The notes beneath the pieces were generated by a model. It did no database searches. It was given only the letters and a program-made list of their open reading frames with translations, and was not told where the DNA came from. A stretch of 64,000 bases of DNA from Rhizomicrobium sp. Its GTDB lineage: Bacteria; Pseudomonadota; Alphaproteobacteria; Micropepsales; Micropepsaceae. The stretch spans positions 46,960 through 110,959 of the forward strand of contig DASZQW010000032.1 of assembly GCA_035549455.1 (NCBI GenBank), written 5' to 3'. Below are positions 56,213-64,000 of the stretch, piece after piece. Both the position numbers and the translations under genes were made by a program. The first letter of the stretch is position 1. Every line of letters begins with the position of its first letter.

Positions 56213-56217
56213 TACCC

Positions 56218-56306
56218 AACCCCCTCCGGTTTCAGCTTTCTCTCGGCGCTGCGCGCCTCGATTGCTGAAACTGCCTCCCCCTTGCCGCGCTTCGCGCGAC
56301 GGGGCC
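56218..56306. repeat. Family A palindromic element
   Basis: Reverse complement AAGGGGGAGGCAGTTTCAGC...GCTGAAACCGGAGGGG matches the 13653 copy. Confidence 0.78.
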
Positions 56307-56365
56307 TGTGCTTGCCGTTAATACCTATTAACCGCCCCGTAACCATGTCCCGCGTAAAAGGGGGC

Positions 56366-57415
56366 ATGGCTGCCACCGCCGATTCGATGGAAGGACTGCT
56401 TGCGTCCCGGCCAGGGCGCGCGCTGGCTTTTGCCGGCTCCTTCATCGTCTGCCTGCTGGCGGCGGGATCGCTGGCCATCACCCTGTTCGGCCATCCCTAT
56501 GGCCCCGTTGCCAGCCTTGATCTGCCCGCGCCGCCGTCCGCCAAAAGTGCCGCGCCCTCCGCCGCGCCCTTGTCCGGCGCCGATGCCGTCACCGGGCCGG
56601 TGACCAAACCCATCTATGCCGGAGCTGCGCTGATTGCCGATCCGGCGCTGGTGGAAAACACCGCCGCCGGTCCTTTGCCGCGCATCGCCGATGACGGGCG
56701 CAAGCCCATGACCGCCTATGCCGCGCCGGCGCCCGCCAATGCCAAATTCAAGATCGCCATTGTCGTGGACGGGCTGGGCATTTCGGCCAGCGCGACCAAA
56801 GCCGCATTGGCCGCTCTGCCCGCCGCCGTCACTCTGGGCTTTGCGCCCTATGCCGGCGATGTCGGCCAGTGGGCCAGTCAGGCTCGCCGCAAGGGCCATG
56901 AAGTGCTGCTGGAAATTCCCATGGAGCCGTTCGATTTTCCCGACAGCGATCCGGGTCCACACACGCTGCGTGCCGGCGCCGACGAGGACGCCAATATCCA
57001 GCGCCTGGTCTGGGCGCTGACCCGCTTCACCGGCTATGCCGGCGTGACCAATCTTCTGGGCCAGCGTTTTCTGTCGGACAGCGACGCGCTGTCCCCGGCG
57101 CTGACCTATCTGGGCCGCCGCGGCCTGTATTTCTTCGACAATGGCGGCGCCAGCCAGTCGGTCGCGGCCGCGGTGGCGGGGCAGGTGGGGATTCCGGCGG
57201 CGCAGGGCGCCCCCATCGACACCATCCAGACCGCGCTGGAAATCGACCGCCGCCTGTCGGACCTGGAAACCCATGCCCGCGCGCATGGCAGCGCGGTGGG
57301 TTCGGCCTTCCTCTATCCCGTCTCGGTGGCGCGCATCACTGCCTGGGCAAAAGGTCTGCAATCACGAGGCTTTGTCTTGGTGCCCGTTTCGGCCATAGTC
57401 ACCCCGTCCAAATAA
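56366..57415 (+). CDS. Divergent polysaccharide deacetylase family (YibQ-like); start uncertain
   Basis: IAIVVDGLG, GHEVLLEIPMEP.D.P..DPGP, GVTNLLG..F and FFDNG motifs. Confidence 0.88.
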   Translation: MAATADSMEGLLASRPGRALAFAGSFIVCLLAAGSLAITLFGHPYGPVASLDLPAPPSAKSAAPSAAPLSGADAVTGPVTKPIYAGAALIADPALVENTAAGPLPRIADDGRKPMTAYAAPAPANAKFKIAIVVDGLGISASATKAALAALPAAVTLGFAPYAGDVGQWASQARRKGHEVLLEIPMEPFDFPDSDPGPHTLRAGADEDANIQRLVWALTRFTGYAGVTNLLGQRFLSDSDALSPALTYLGRRGLYFFDNGGASQSVAAAVAGQVGIPAAQGAPIDTIQTALEIDRRLSDLETHARAHGSAVGSAFLYPVSVARITAWAKGLQSRGFVLVPVSAIVTPSK

Positions 57416-57455
57416 CGGGCGCGGCTCCCTCGCGCCTCAAAAGAGTTCAGGGATT

Positions 57456-57920
57456 ATGACCTCCGATCTGCCTTACCGGCCCTGTATCGGCATCATGCTG
57501 TTCAATGCCCAGGGCAAGGTGTTTGTCGGCAAGCGCATCGACCAGACAGTGGAAGGCTGGCAGATGCCGCAGGGCGGCATCGATGACGGCGAGACCCCCA
57601 AACAGGCAGCCTTGCGCGAATTCAAGGAAGAAGTCGGCACCGACAAATGCGAAATTCTGGCCGAGATGGACGAGTGGGTGACCTATGACCTGCCCGAACA
57701 CCTGATCGGCGTGGCCTTTCACGGCAGATACAAGGGCCAGCGCCAGAAATGGTTTGCCCTGCGTTTCACCGGACGCGACAGCGACATCGACCTGACGGCG
57801 CATGAGCCGGAATTCTCCAGCTTCCGCTGGGTCAGCCTGGACGAACTGCCGTCGCTGATCGTGCCCTTCAAGCGCGAGACCTACAGGCAGGTGATCGCGG
57901 GCCTGGGCAAATACGCATGA
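57456..57920 (+). CDS. rppH: RNA pyrophosphohydrolase
   Basis: LPYRPCIG, WQMPQGGID.GE...AALRE..EEVG Nudix box, GQ.QKWF and PFKR.TY motifs. Confidence 0.93.
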   Translation: MTSDLPYRPCIGIMLFNAQGKVFVGKRIDQTVEGWQMPQGGIDDGETPKQAALREFKEEVGTDKCEILAEMDEWVTYDLPEHLIGVAFHGRYKGQRQKWFALRFTGRDSDIDLTAHEPEFSSFRWVSLDELPSLIVPFKRETYRQVIAGLGKYA

Positions 57921-58687
57921 GCAAATCCTCCAAACCAGACGTCCTGATGATTCATGGCGCCTTTTGCGGGCCCTGGGCGCTTCAGGGCCTGAAGGAGAAA
58001 TTCGAGGCGGCGGGCTATCGCGTCACCGCCCCCCACCTGCGCTTCCATGACGAAAATCCGCCTTCGCCGGCGCTGGCCACCACGGGCCTGGCCGATTACG
58101 CCGCCGATCTGGAAGACGAGATCGCCGCCCTGAAACCGCGGCCGATTCTGGTCGGCCATTCCATGGGCGGACTTCTTGCCCAGATGTTGGCCGCGAAGTG
58201 CGAGGTGGCGGCGGTCATCGGGCTGGCGCCGTCCGCGCCCTGGGGTGTGCCGCCCACCACTTTGTTCGAGATCGGCGCGGCCCAGGCCATGCACCTGCAG
58301 CCGGGCTACTGGAACCAGCTTCTGGAGCCCAACCGCGATGTGGCGCTGGCCCATTCGCTGGAGCAGCTTCCCAAAAACATGCGCGGCGCGGTCTATGACC
58401 GCTTTGTCGCGGAATCGGGCCGCGCCACGTTTGAAGTGATGAATTGGGGCCTGGACATGAACCGCGCCAGCGAGGTTGCGGCCAATGCCGTCACCTGCCC
58501 GCTGCTGTTCCTCACCGGCAGCGAGGACCGCATCAATCCGCCCAGCACTGTGGCGCGCATCGCCGCGCTCTACCCGAACGCCAGCGCCGAAGTGCTGGAT
58601 GGCATGGGCCATTGGCTGATCGGCGAACCGGGCTGGGAAAAACTCGCTGCCCGCGCCCTTGCCTGGCTGAAAGAGCGCAAGCTCTAG
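57917..58687 (+). CDS. Alpha/beta fold hydrolase
   Basis: IHGAFCG.W, GHSMGG nucleophile elbow, catalytic D (GSEDRI) and H (GHWL). Confidence 0.85.
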   Translation: MSKSSKPDVLMIHGAFCGPWALQGLKEKFEAAGYRVTAPHLRFHDENPPSPALATTGLADYAADLEDEIAALKPRPILVGHSMGGLLAQMLAAKCEVAAVIGLAPSAPWGVPPTTLFEIGAAQAMHLQPGYWNQLLEPNRDVALAHSLEQLPKNMRGAVYDRFVAESGRATFEVMNWGLDMNRASEVAANAVTCPLLFLTGSEDRINPPSTVARIAALYPNASAEVLDGMGHWLIGEPGWEKLAARALAWLKERKL

Positions 58688-61600
58688 GACTTGGCGCCCT
58701 TCTGTAATAGAGATCGGCGCGCCGCGAAATCCTTCATGAAGCTCTGCAGCGTGTCCACCGCGGCGATCTTGGCGGCGGCGTCGCGGAAGGCCAGGCCATG
58801 CTGGTCGATCGACGATGACAGCACGGCAAAGATGGTGCCGTCGGGTGTCGCCTTCATCTTGGCGGCGAAGCGGCTGCGCAGCCGCTCCAGGCTGGTCTCG
58901 TCATTGGCCAGGGAATAGGCGACGGCGGCGCGCAGCAATTGGGCGCGGTCGTCAGCGCTCAGGGTCGCGGCGTCATTGCTGCCCAGCAGTTCCTCGGCCT
59001 TCTGTCCCGCCACCGCCCAGTTGCCCGACTCCCAATAGATGTCGGCGCGCAGGCGCCTGGTATCCTCGGCCTGGTCGACCGCAATAAGATCGAGCGCATT
59101 GTCCCACTGCTTGAGCGCCGCGAAGGCGCGCGCCTCCAGCAGCATGCGGGCATGGATCTCGTCGTCGGGCAGCCCGGTGATGGTGGTGTCGCGGATCGCC
59201 GCCAGCGCCTTGTCGGGCTTGTGGTCCATCAGATAGACCGCCGCCAGTCTTGTGGCGACCTGGGCCTTGGCGACGCCGTCCAGCCTCTTGTCCACCTGAT
59301 AGGCCAGAAGATTCGCCGCTGGGCCCAGCAGGTCGACCGCTACCAGCCGGTCGGACATGCGCCGGATCATCTCGTCGCCGTCCGGCCCGATGGGGGTGAG
59401 GTCGATATTGTCATAGAACAGCGCCAGCGAATCCACCGGCTTCATCTTGTCGGCGCCGCCCTTGAGATACAGCTTGACGAAGGCGGTGCGCATATCGTCC
59501 TGGGCGATGCGCGCGGCATCGTCGCCGGTGAAATTCTGGGCGGCGATGCGCAGGGTCCTGAGGCCGTCGCGCCACTGGCCCCGTGCGAAATACAGCGATG
59601 CCAGCTTGCGCAGGGTCTTGATCTCCAGCGCGTCGCCGCGCCAGCGGAAGCGCAGTTTTTCCAGCTCCTCTATCGCCTGGGGCGCAGTGATGGCCCGCGC
59701 CGCCAGCGCGGCATTGGTCTGGTAGAAGATCGCCGCCGCCGCCAGCCTCTCGTCGCCACCATTGCGCACGGTCTGGAAAATCCCGGCGGCGCTGCGATAG
59801 CGGTTTTCCGCCGCCAGCAGGCGGGCGCGCGCCAACTCCGCTTCCAGGGCCTGGCGCGGCTCCAATTCCTTGGGCAGGTGGGTCAGCGCCGCATCGGCGA
59901 GATCGAGCCGCCCCAGCCCCAGCGCCGCCTCAGCGTCGGCCAGCCAGGCCGCGGCCTGCCAGTGAGGCTGGTAACGCGGCAGCACGGACGCGGCCTGTTC
60001 CAGATGGGCGCGGGCGTCCTTCCAGTCTTGCATTTTGGCTTCGATCAGTCCGCGCCACAAGGCGGCGTGGCGGTCGGCGTCAAAGCCCGGCCCGCCCAGT
60101 TCGTTATGGGCGTCGCGATAGCGGGCCATCATGTAATCGGCCGCCGCCCGCATGGTGACAAGCTGGGCGTCGCCGGTCAGCGCCGGATCGCCCGCCTGCA
60201 CCAGATTGATCAGGCCCAGCGCCTCGGCGGCAAATCCGTTGGCAAGATAGAAGCGCGCCAGCGCCATGCGCGCCTGGCCCGCCTTGGCGGGGGCCAGATG
60301 CGCGGCATTCCGGGTCAGCCGCCGCTCGGTGGCCAGGAAGCTGCCGCCGCGCGCCACACCCCAGTTTGCGAAATCCAGCCAGGAAGGCCCGTCGCCGAAA
60401 TGCGCCAGGGCGGACGGGCTTTGTGCCACCGGCATTTGCGGCGGCGTCAGCGACAGGCCGCCGGGCCGGGCGATGGTGATGCGCGACTGGGACACCGTCA
60501 CGGTAAGATCGTCGGCGTAAGGCGTGATCACCAAACCGCTGGCGGTGGCCAGCGCGGCAAAGTCAGCGAACTGGCGGGGATTGGACATGCCGCGACCGGC
60601 CGCCGCCGGGACGATGGTCAGGACATCGCCGCTGGCCGGATCAAGCTGTGTGAAGGCGTGGTCGGCGGCCGGCAGCAAGGTGGAGAGCGAGGCGCGGCGG
60701 GGATCGGACTGGTTGCGGGCAAAGCCGATGCCGGTCGCCGGCGGCGCCACATCCTTGGCGATCTCCACCTCCAGATTGGCGCCATTGGCGCGGGCGGCGA
60801 TTTCGGCGGGCGCCTTGAGGGTGATGCGCAGGATGCCCAGCCCGTCCGACGATACCGCTTCCACGCCGGCGGCAAAGTCGCCCAGCGCGGTCTTGAGGTT
60901 CTTGGAATCAAAGTTGGGCGCGTTCTCCAGCACCACCCAGGCGGTGAGGCCGCGCACAAAGACGGCGCTGGCAAGGCCGCCCGCGCCCTTGAAACGGATC
61001 ACCGCGCCGCTCTGGGTGCGCGCGGCGCTGGCGACAGGAACCGGCGGCGCGGTTTCGGCGGGCGCGGCCGGCTTGGCGTCGGCAAGCCTGATGTCCGCGG
61101 GCTTGATGTCCGCGGGCTTGGTCTCGGCGGGCTTTACGGCAGGCTGGAGCGGTTCGGGTTTCTTGGGCGAAAGCTGGGCGCTCGCCTGGGCGATGGCCTG
61201 GGCCTGGGCGTTGCTCACCCCGGGCGCGTTCCTGCCCGCATCCATTTTGGGGATGACAGGCTTTGCCGAGTCCATTTTCGTAATGCTCGGCTTCGCCGAG
61301 CCGGGCGGCGCATAGGCCGCGCCATCGGTCTTGGGGGCCAGGATATCCAGCACCACATGGGTGCCGTCCTTGAAATCGTGATAGCCGGAATCGCTGTCGG
61401 TATCGAACTCGATGATGGTGCTGCCGCCCTCGATGCGCCAGGCGGCGTTCTTCACCCAGGGCGGCGGCATCCGCGCGATGATGCCGACATCGGCGCGCGC
61501 CAGGGCATCGAACTTGATGGTCATTTTTCCCGCGCCCGGAAAAACGTGATAGCTGACATCTCGGGGCCAGTCGAACACCAGGCGGGTGAAGTTGGCATAA

Positions 61601-62079
61601 CTGCCGGCGCGCAGCTTGAGGACGGGCAGGGTACTGACGTCCAGCGGCTTGGCCACGGGCTTGGCGGGCGGCGGCAGGTCGGGCATGGCGCCGGTGAAAT
61701 TCACATCCGCCAGATCCACCACGGCCCGGCTGCCCTGCTGGCTGACATGCAGCTTGACCGGCTGGTTCAGCACAAAGCGCAAGGTCTTGCCGTCGGCATC
61801 GGCCCGTCCCGAGGCAATGGCGCGCGGCATGGCGGCGACAATGGCCGCGGGATCGATGTCGGTCCTGGCGCCAAAGCCGATGGTCAGCACCCCGCCGGTG
61901 GCGCTGGCGCTGATCTTGGAGGCGGTGGTGTCGGAAAGCGTAAACGTCAGTCGGCCATAGCCGTTCTGCAGCGATCCCGTCACGCTGTCGGCGAAGGCGG
62001 GCGCGGCGGTGCAAAGCGCCACCATCAGGCCCAGCAAACGCAAAACTCCGATCACGCAAGGCTCCCCTTCTGACTTCAT
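58684..62079 (-). CDS. Large periplasmic TPR-repeat protein of the fliLM region
   Basis: Signal peptide, two 'Y.RL.FDW/F' beta modules, Pro/Lys linker, helical repeats (RFRWRGD.LE, LTPIG..GD.MIRR...RLV.VDLL..A). Confidence 0.75.
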   Translation of the reverse strand: MKSEGEPCVIGVLRLLGLMVALCTAAPAFADSVTGSLQNGYGRLTFTLSDTTASKISASATGGVLTIGFGARTDIDPAAIVAAMPRAIASGRADADGKTLRFVLNQPVKLHVSQQGSRAVVDLADVNFTGAMPDLPPPAKPVAKPLDVSTLPVLKLRAGSYANFTRLVFDWPRDVSYHVFPGAGKMTIKFDALARADVGIIARMPPPWVKNAAWRIEGGSTIIEFDTDSDSGYHDFKDGTHVVLDILAPKTDGAAYAPPGSAKPSITKMDSAKPVIPKMDAGRNAPGVSNAQAQAIAQASAQLSPKKPEPLQPAVKPAETKPADIKPADIRLADAKPAAPAETAPPVPVASAARTQSGAVIRFKGAGGLASAVFVRGLTAWVVLENAPNFDSKNLKTALGDFAAGVEAVSSDGLGILRITLKAPAEIAARANGANLEVEIAKDVAPPATGIGFARNQSDPRRASLSTLLPAADHAFTQLDPASGDVLTIVPAAAGRGMSNPRQFADFAALATASGLVITPYADDLTVTVSQSRITIARPGGLSLTPPQMPVAQSPSALAHFGDGPSWLDFANWGVARGGSFLATERRLTRNAAHLAPAKAGQARMALARFYLANGFAAEALGLINLVQAGDPALTGDAQLVTMRAAADYMMARYRDAHNELGGPGFDADRHAALWRGLIEAKMQDWKDARAHLEQAASVLPRYQPHWQAAAWLADAEAALGLGRLDLADAALTHLPKELEPRQALEAELARARLLAAENRYRSAAGIFQTVRNGGDERLAAAAIFYQTNAALAARAITAPQAIEELEKLRFRWRGDALEIKTLRKLASLYFARGQWRDGLRTLRIAAQNFTGDDAARIAQDDMRTAFVKLYLKGGADKMKPVDSLALFYDNIDLTPIGPDGDEMIRRMSDRLVAVDLLGPAANLLAYQVDKRLDGVAKAQVATRLAAVYLMDHKPDKALAAIRDTTITGLPDDEIHARMLLEARAFAALKQWDNALDLIAVDQAEDTRRLRADIYWESGNWAVAGQKAEELLGSNDAATLSADDRAQLLRAAVAYSLANDETSLERLRSRFAAKMKATPDGTIFAVLSSSIDQHGLAFRDAAAKIAAVDTLQSFMKDFAARRSLLQKGAKS

Positions 62080-62095
62080 ATTGGCGAAGGGCCCG

Positions 62096-62110
62096 TTAAC
62101 CCGGGGTTAA
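62096..62110 (-). promoter_or_regulatory. CtrA box upstream of the TPR gene
   Basis: Minus strand TTAA-CCCCGGG-TTAAC (62110 to 62095). Confidence 0.75.
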
Positions 62111-62114
62111 ACAA

Positions 62115-62831
62115 CTAAGCCTTTGGTTTTGCTGCCGTATCCTGTGCGGGGGCGGGGGCTTTGCCCGCCGCCGTGTCCGGCGCGGCCGCAGCCTGGGGCG
62201 CGGGGGTGGCCACCGGGGCGGGCGCCACGGCATTGGCGGTTTCCGGCAGGGTCAGGCGGCTCGCCAGTTTTACGGTCAGCGCCTTGGCATTGTCGCTGGC
62301 CATGTTGGCCAGCACCAGCGCCAGCACATCGGGCTTCATGTCATGGGCCACCGCCAGCAGCACCTCGTCGGGGAGCTGGTTGAAAATGCGCGCCGCATCC
62401 TTGGCCTTCATGGTGGAATAGGTCTTCACCAGGGCGGCGATCTGCGCCTTCTGGGTATCGTCGCGCTGCACCAGCAGGGCGGCGATCTGGGACTGCAGCG
62501 ACTTCAGCTGCGCGATCTTGGCGTCGACGCGACTTTCGGTGGCGGCGATCATGTTGGCCTGCATGTCCAGCTGGTCCTGGCGCGCATCCAGTTCCTTGCG
62601 GCGCTTGGTCAGGCTGCCCAGCACATCGACTTCGCTGGCGCTGATGCCGGCCTCGTCCTCGCTGCCGGCATAGTCGGCATTGATCGGCTTGGGGTCCTGG
62701 CTCAGGGCGGCGACCTGTTGTTCGGCCTGGGCGTAGGCGTCATGCACCAGGCCGGTGGTCTTGGAGACCAGCAGCGCCGCGCCGACCAGCACGACCGACG
62801 GCAGCAGGCGCAGATAGCGGGGAAGCGTCAT
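62115..62831 (-). CDS. MotE/MgtE-N-like flagellar motor-associated protein
   Basis: N-terminal TM, coiled coil, LVKTYS.MK.KDAARIF..L...M....LA.M...A..LT motif. Confidence 0.75.
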   Translation of the reverse strand: MTLPRYLRLLPSVVLVGAALLVSKTTGLVHDAYAQAEQQVAALSQDPKPINADYAGSEDEAGISASEVDVLGSLTKRRKELDARQDQLDMQANMIAATESRVDAKIAQLKSLQSQIAALLVQRDDTQKAQIAALVKTYSTMKAKDAARIFNQLPDEVLLAVAHDMKPDVLALVLANMASDNAKALTVKLASRLTLPETANAVAPAPVATPAPQAAAAPDTAAGKAPAPAQDTAAKPKA

Positions 62832-63244
62832 CACTGCACCGCCCTTTCCGGGCGAGGGGTCAGGCGGCCGAGGATGGAGGTGGAGGGCAGCGGCATGTCG
62901 GGAATTTCGCGGGCGACACGGGGGCTGGCGGCAGCACTTTCCATGCGGGTGGCGATGCGGTCGCCGCTGGCGGTCAGGACCGACAATTCGTCGATATGCA
63001 GGCGGGCGCGCCTGAGGCGGTCATCCAATGTGGCGGCGGCCTCGCCGGCGGCGGATTTCAGCGCGCGCAGGCTGGCGCCCGCGCCGGAGATCGCCATGTT
63101 GAGTTCACCGATATGGGTCTTGAGGCCTTCCTGGCCCCTGCGCACCGCGGCCAGGCGGCGCTCCAGCACCACGCAATAGGCCAGTGTCAGGATCAGCAGG
63201 GCTTCCAGGCCCAGTTCCAGATAGAAGGTCAGGTTGGCGGTCAT
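62831..63244 (-). CDS. DUF6468 / PflI-like membrane coiled-coil protein
   Basis: TM (LLILTLAYCVVLERRL), coiled coil and Pro-rich tail; directly downstream of fliM. Confidence 0.65.
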   Translation of the reverse strand: MTANLTFYLELGLEALLILTLAYCVVLERRLAAVRRGQEGLKTHIGELNMAISGAGASLRALKSAAGEAAATLDDRLRRARLHIDELSVLTASGDRIATRMESAAASPRVAREIPDMPLPSTSILGRLTPRPERAVQ

Positions 63245-63295
63245 GACAGGTCTCTCGAAAAACGTTGATTTCAAAGGGCGGAACGCAGCACGGGC

Positions 63296-64000
63296 CTACA
63301 GGGCCCGCGAGGCGTCCGTGCGTTCAATGGCATCATCCACCCGCACCGCGACGGAAGAGCCGACCCGGCCCATCCGTCCTGTCAGCAGCGGCACGCCGCG
63401 GCAGCGCAGTTGGATCTTGGAATCGGGACCGGCGCCCAGCATCATGGTCTGGCCGACCTCCAGGTTCATCACCTGGTTCAGCGGCATGGTCTGCTCGTCC
63501 AGAATGGCCTCGATGTCCACCTTGGTGGACCAGAGTTCGGTGGCCAGATGGCTTTCCCAGATGGAGTCGCGGCCGAATTTCTCGCCCATGAACTGCTGCA
63601 GCAGCAGCTTGCGGATCGGCTCCAGCGTGGCATAGGGCAAGAGCAGCTCGGTGCGGCCGCCCCGGTCTTCCATGTCGATGCGCAGCTTGACCAGGATGGC
63701 GGCGTTGGCGGGGCGCGCGATGGCGGCGAAGCGCGGATTGGTTTCCAGCCGGTCCAGGCTGAAATTGACCGGCGCCAGCGGCTCGAAGGCGGCGCACATG
63801 TCCTGCATGATGACTTCGATCATGCGCTGCACCAGAGTGCGCTCGATGGTGGTATAGGGCCGGCCCTCGATGCGCATGGCGCTGGAGCCGCGCCGCCCGC
63901 CCAAAAGCACATCGACGATGGAATAGATCAGGTTGGAGTCGACGGTGAAGAGGCCGTAATTGTCCAGCTCCTCGGCATGGAACACGGCCAGGATCGCGGG
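63296..64000 (-). CDS. fliM: Flagellar motor switch protein FliM (3' part)
   Basis: VD.LLGG, EGR.YT.IE, ETNP.FA.I..P, PYAT.EPIR..L and SpoA C-terminus. Confidence 0.95.
   Translation of the reverse strand, partial: PAILAVFHAEELDNYGLFTVDSNLIYSIVDVLLGGRRGSSAMRIEGRPYTTIERTLVQRMIEVIMQDMCAAFEPLAPVNFSLDRLETNPRFAAIARPANAAILVKLRIDMEDRGGRTELLLPYATLEPIRKLLLQQFMGEKFGRDSIWESHLATELWSTKVDIEAILDEQTMPLNQVMNLEVGQTMMLGAGPDSKIQLRCRGVPLLTGRMGRVGSSVAVRVDDAIERTDASRAL

Noticed and set aside
61081-61140. 15-bp tandem repeats in the TPR gene
   Set aside because: Encode an ordinary KPAD/KPAE linker; no sign of phase variation or mobility.

Overview
High-GC alphaproteobacterial chromosomal segment with a Caulobacter-like flagellar system (Micropepsales/Rhizomicrobium-like is my inference only). 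It is mostly conserved core: htpX/rsmB, nfuA-tsaB-rimI-fur-plsC-miaB-phoH-ybeY-corC-lnt, hisE/gluQ, PBP1A, CenR-like regulator/LDT/yggS, porin-DUF3576-leuS-lptE-holA-hisF, xth/tsaD/hemD and gpmI-envC-S41-rppH. It also has a circularly permuted ATP-grasp/alpha-E/transglutaminase operon and two flagellar blocks: flbT-flaF-two flagellins-glycosylation genes-FlmG-like-FlaEY-like-flgIJ, and fliM-PflI-like-MotE-like-TPR. I found no rRNA, tRNA, CRISPR array, transposase or integrase. The most unusual signal is at two unrelated housekeeping genes, miaB and gpmI. Each is preceded by a largely synonymously diverged copy of its own first ~15 codons; that copy runs into GC hairpin DNA and stops exactly on the gene's start codon (ATGA overlap). 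The window is also rich in non-autonomous palindromic elements. One family has 8 copies, one translated in frame inside hemD and possibly one in rsmB; a second ~106-bp family supplies the stop codons of convergent genes. Start codons and family assignments were made by eye, without database searches.
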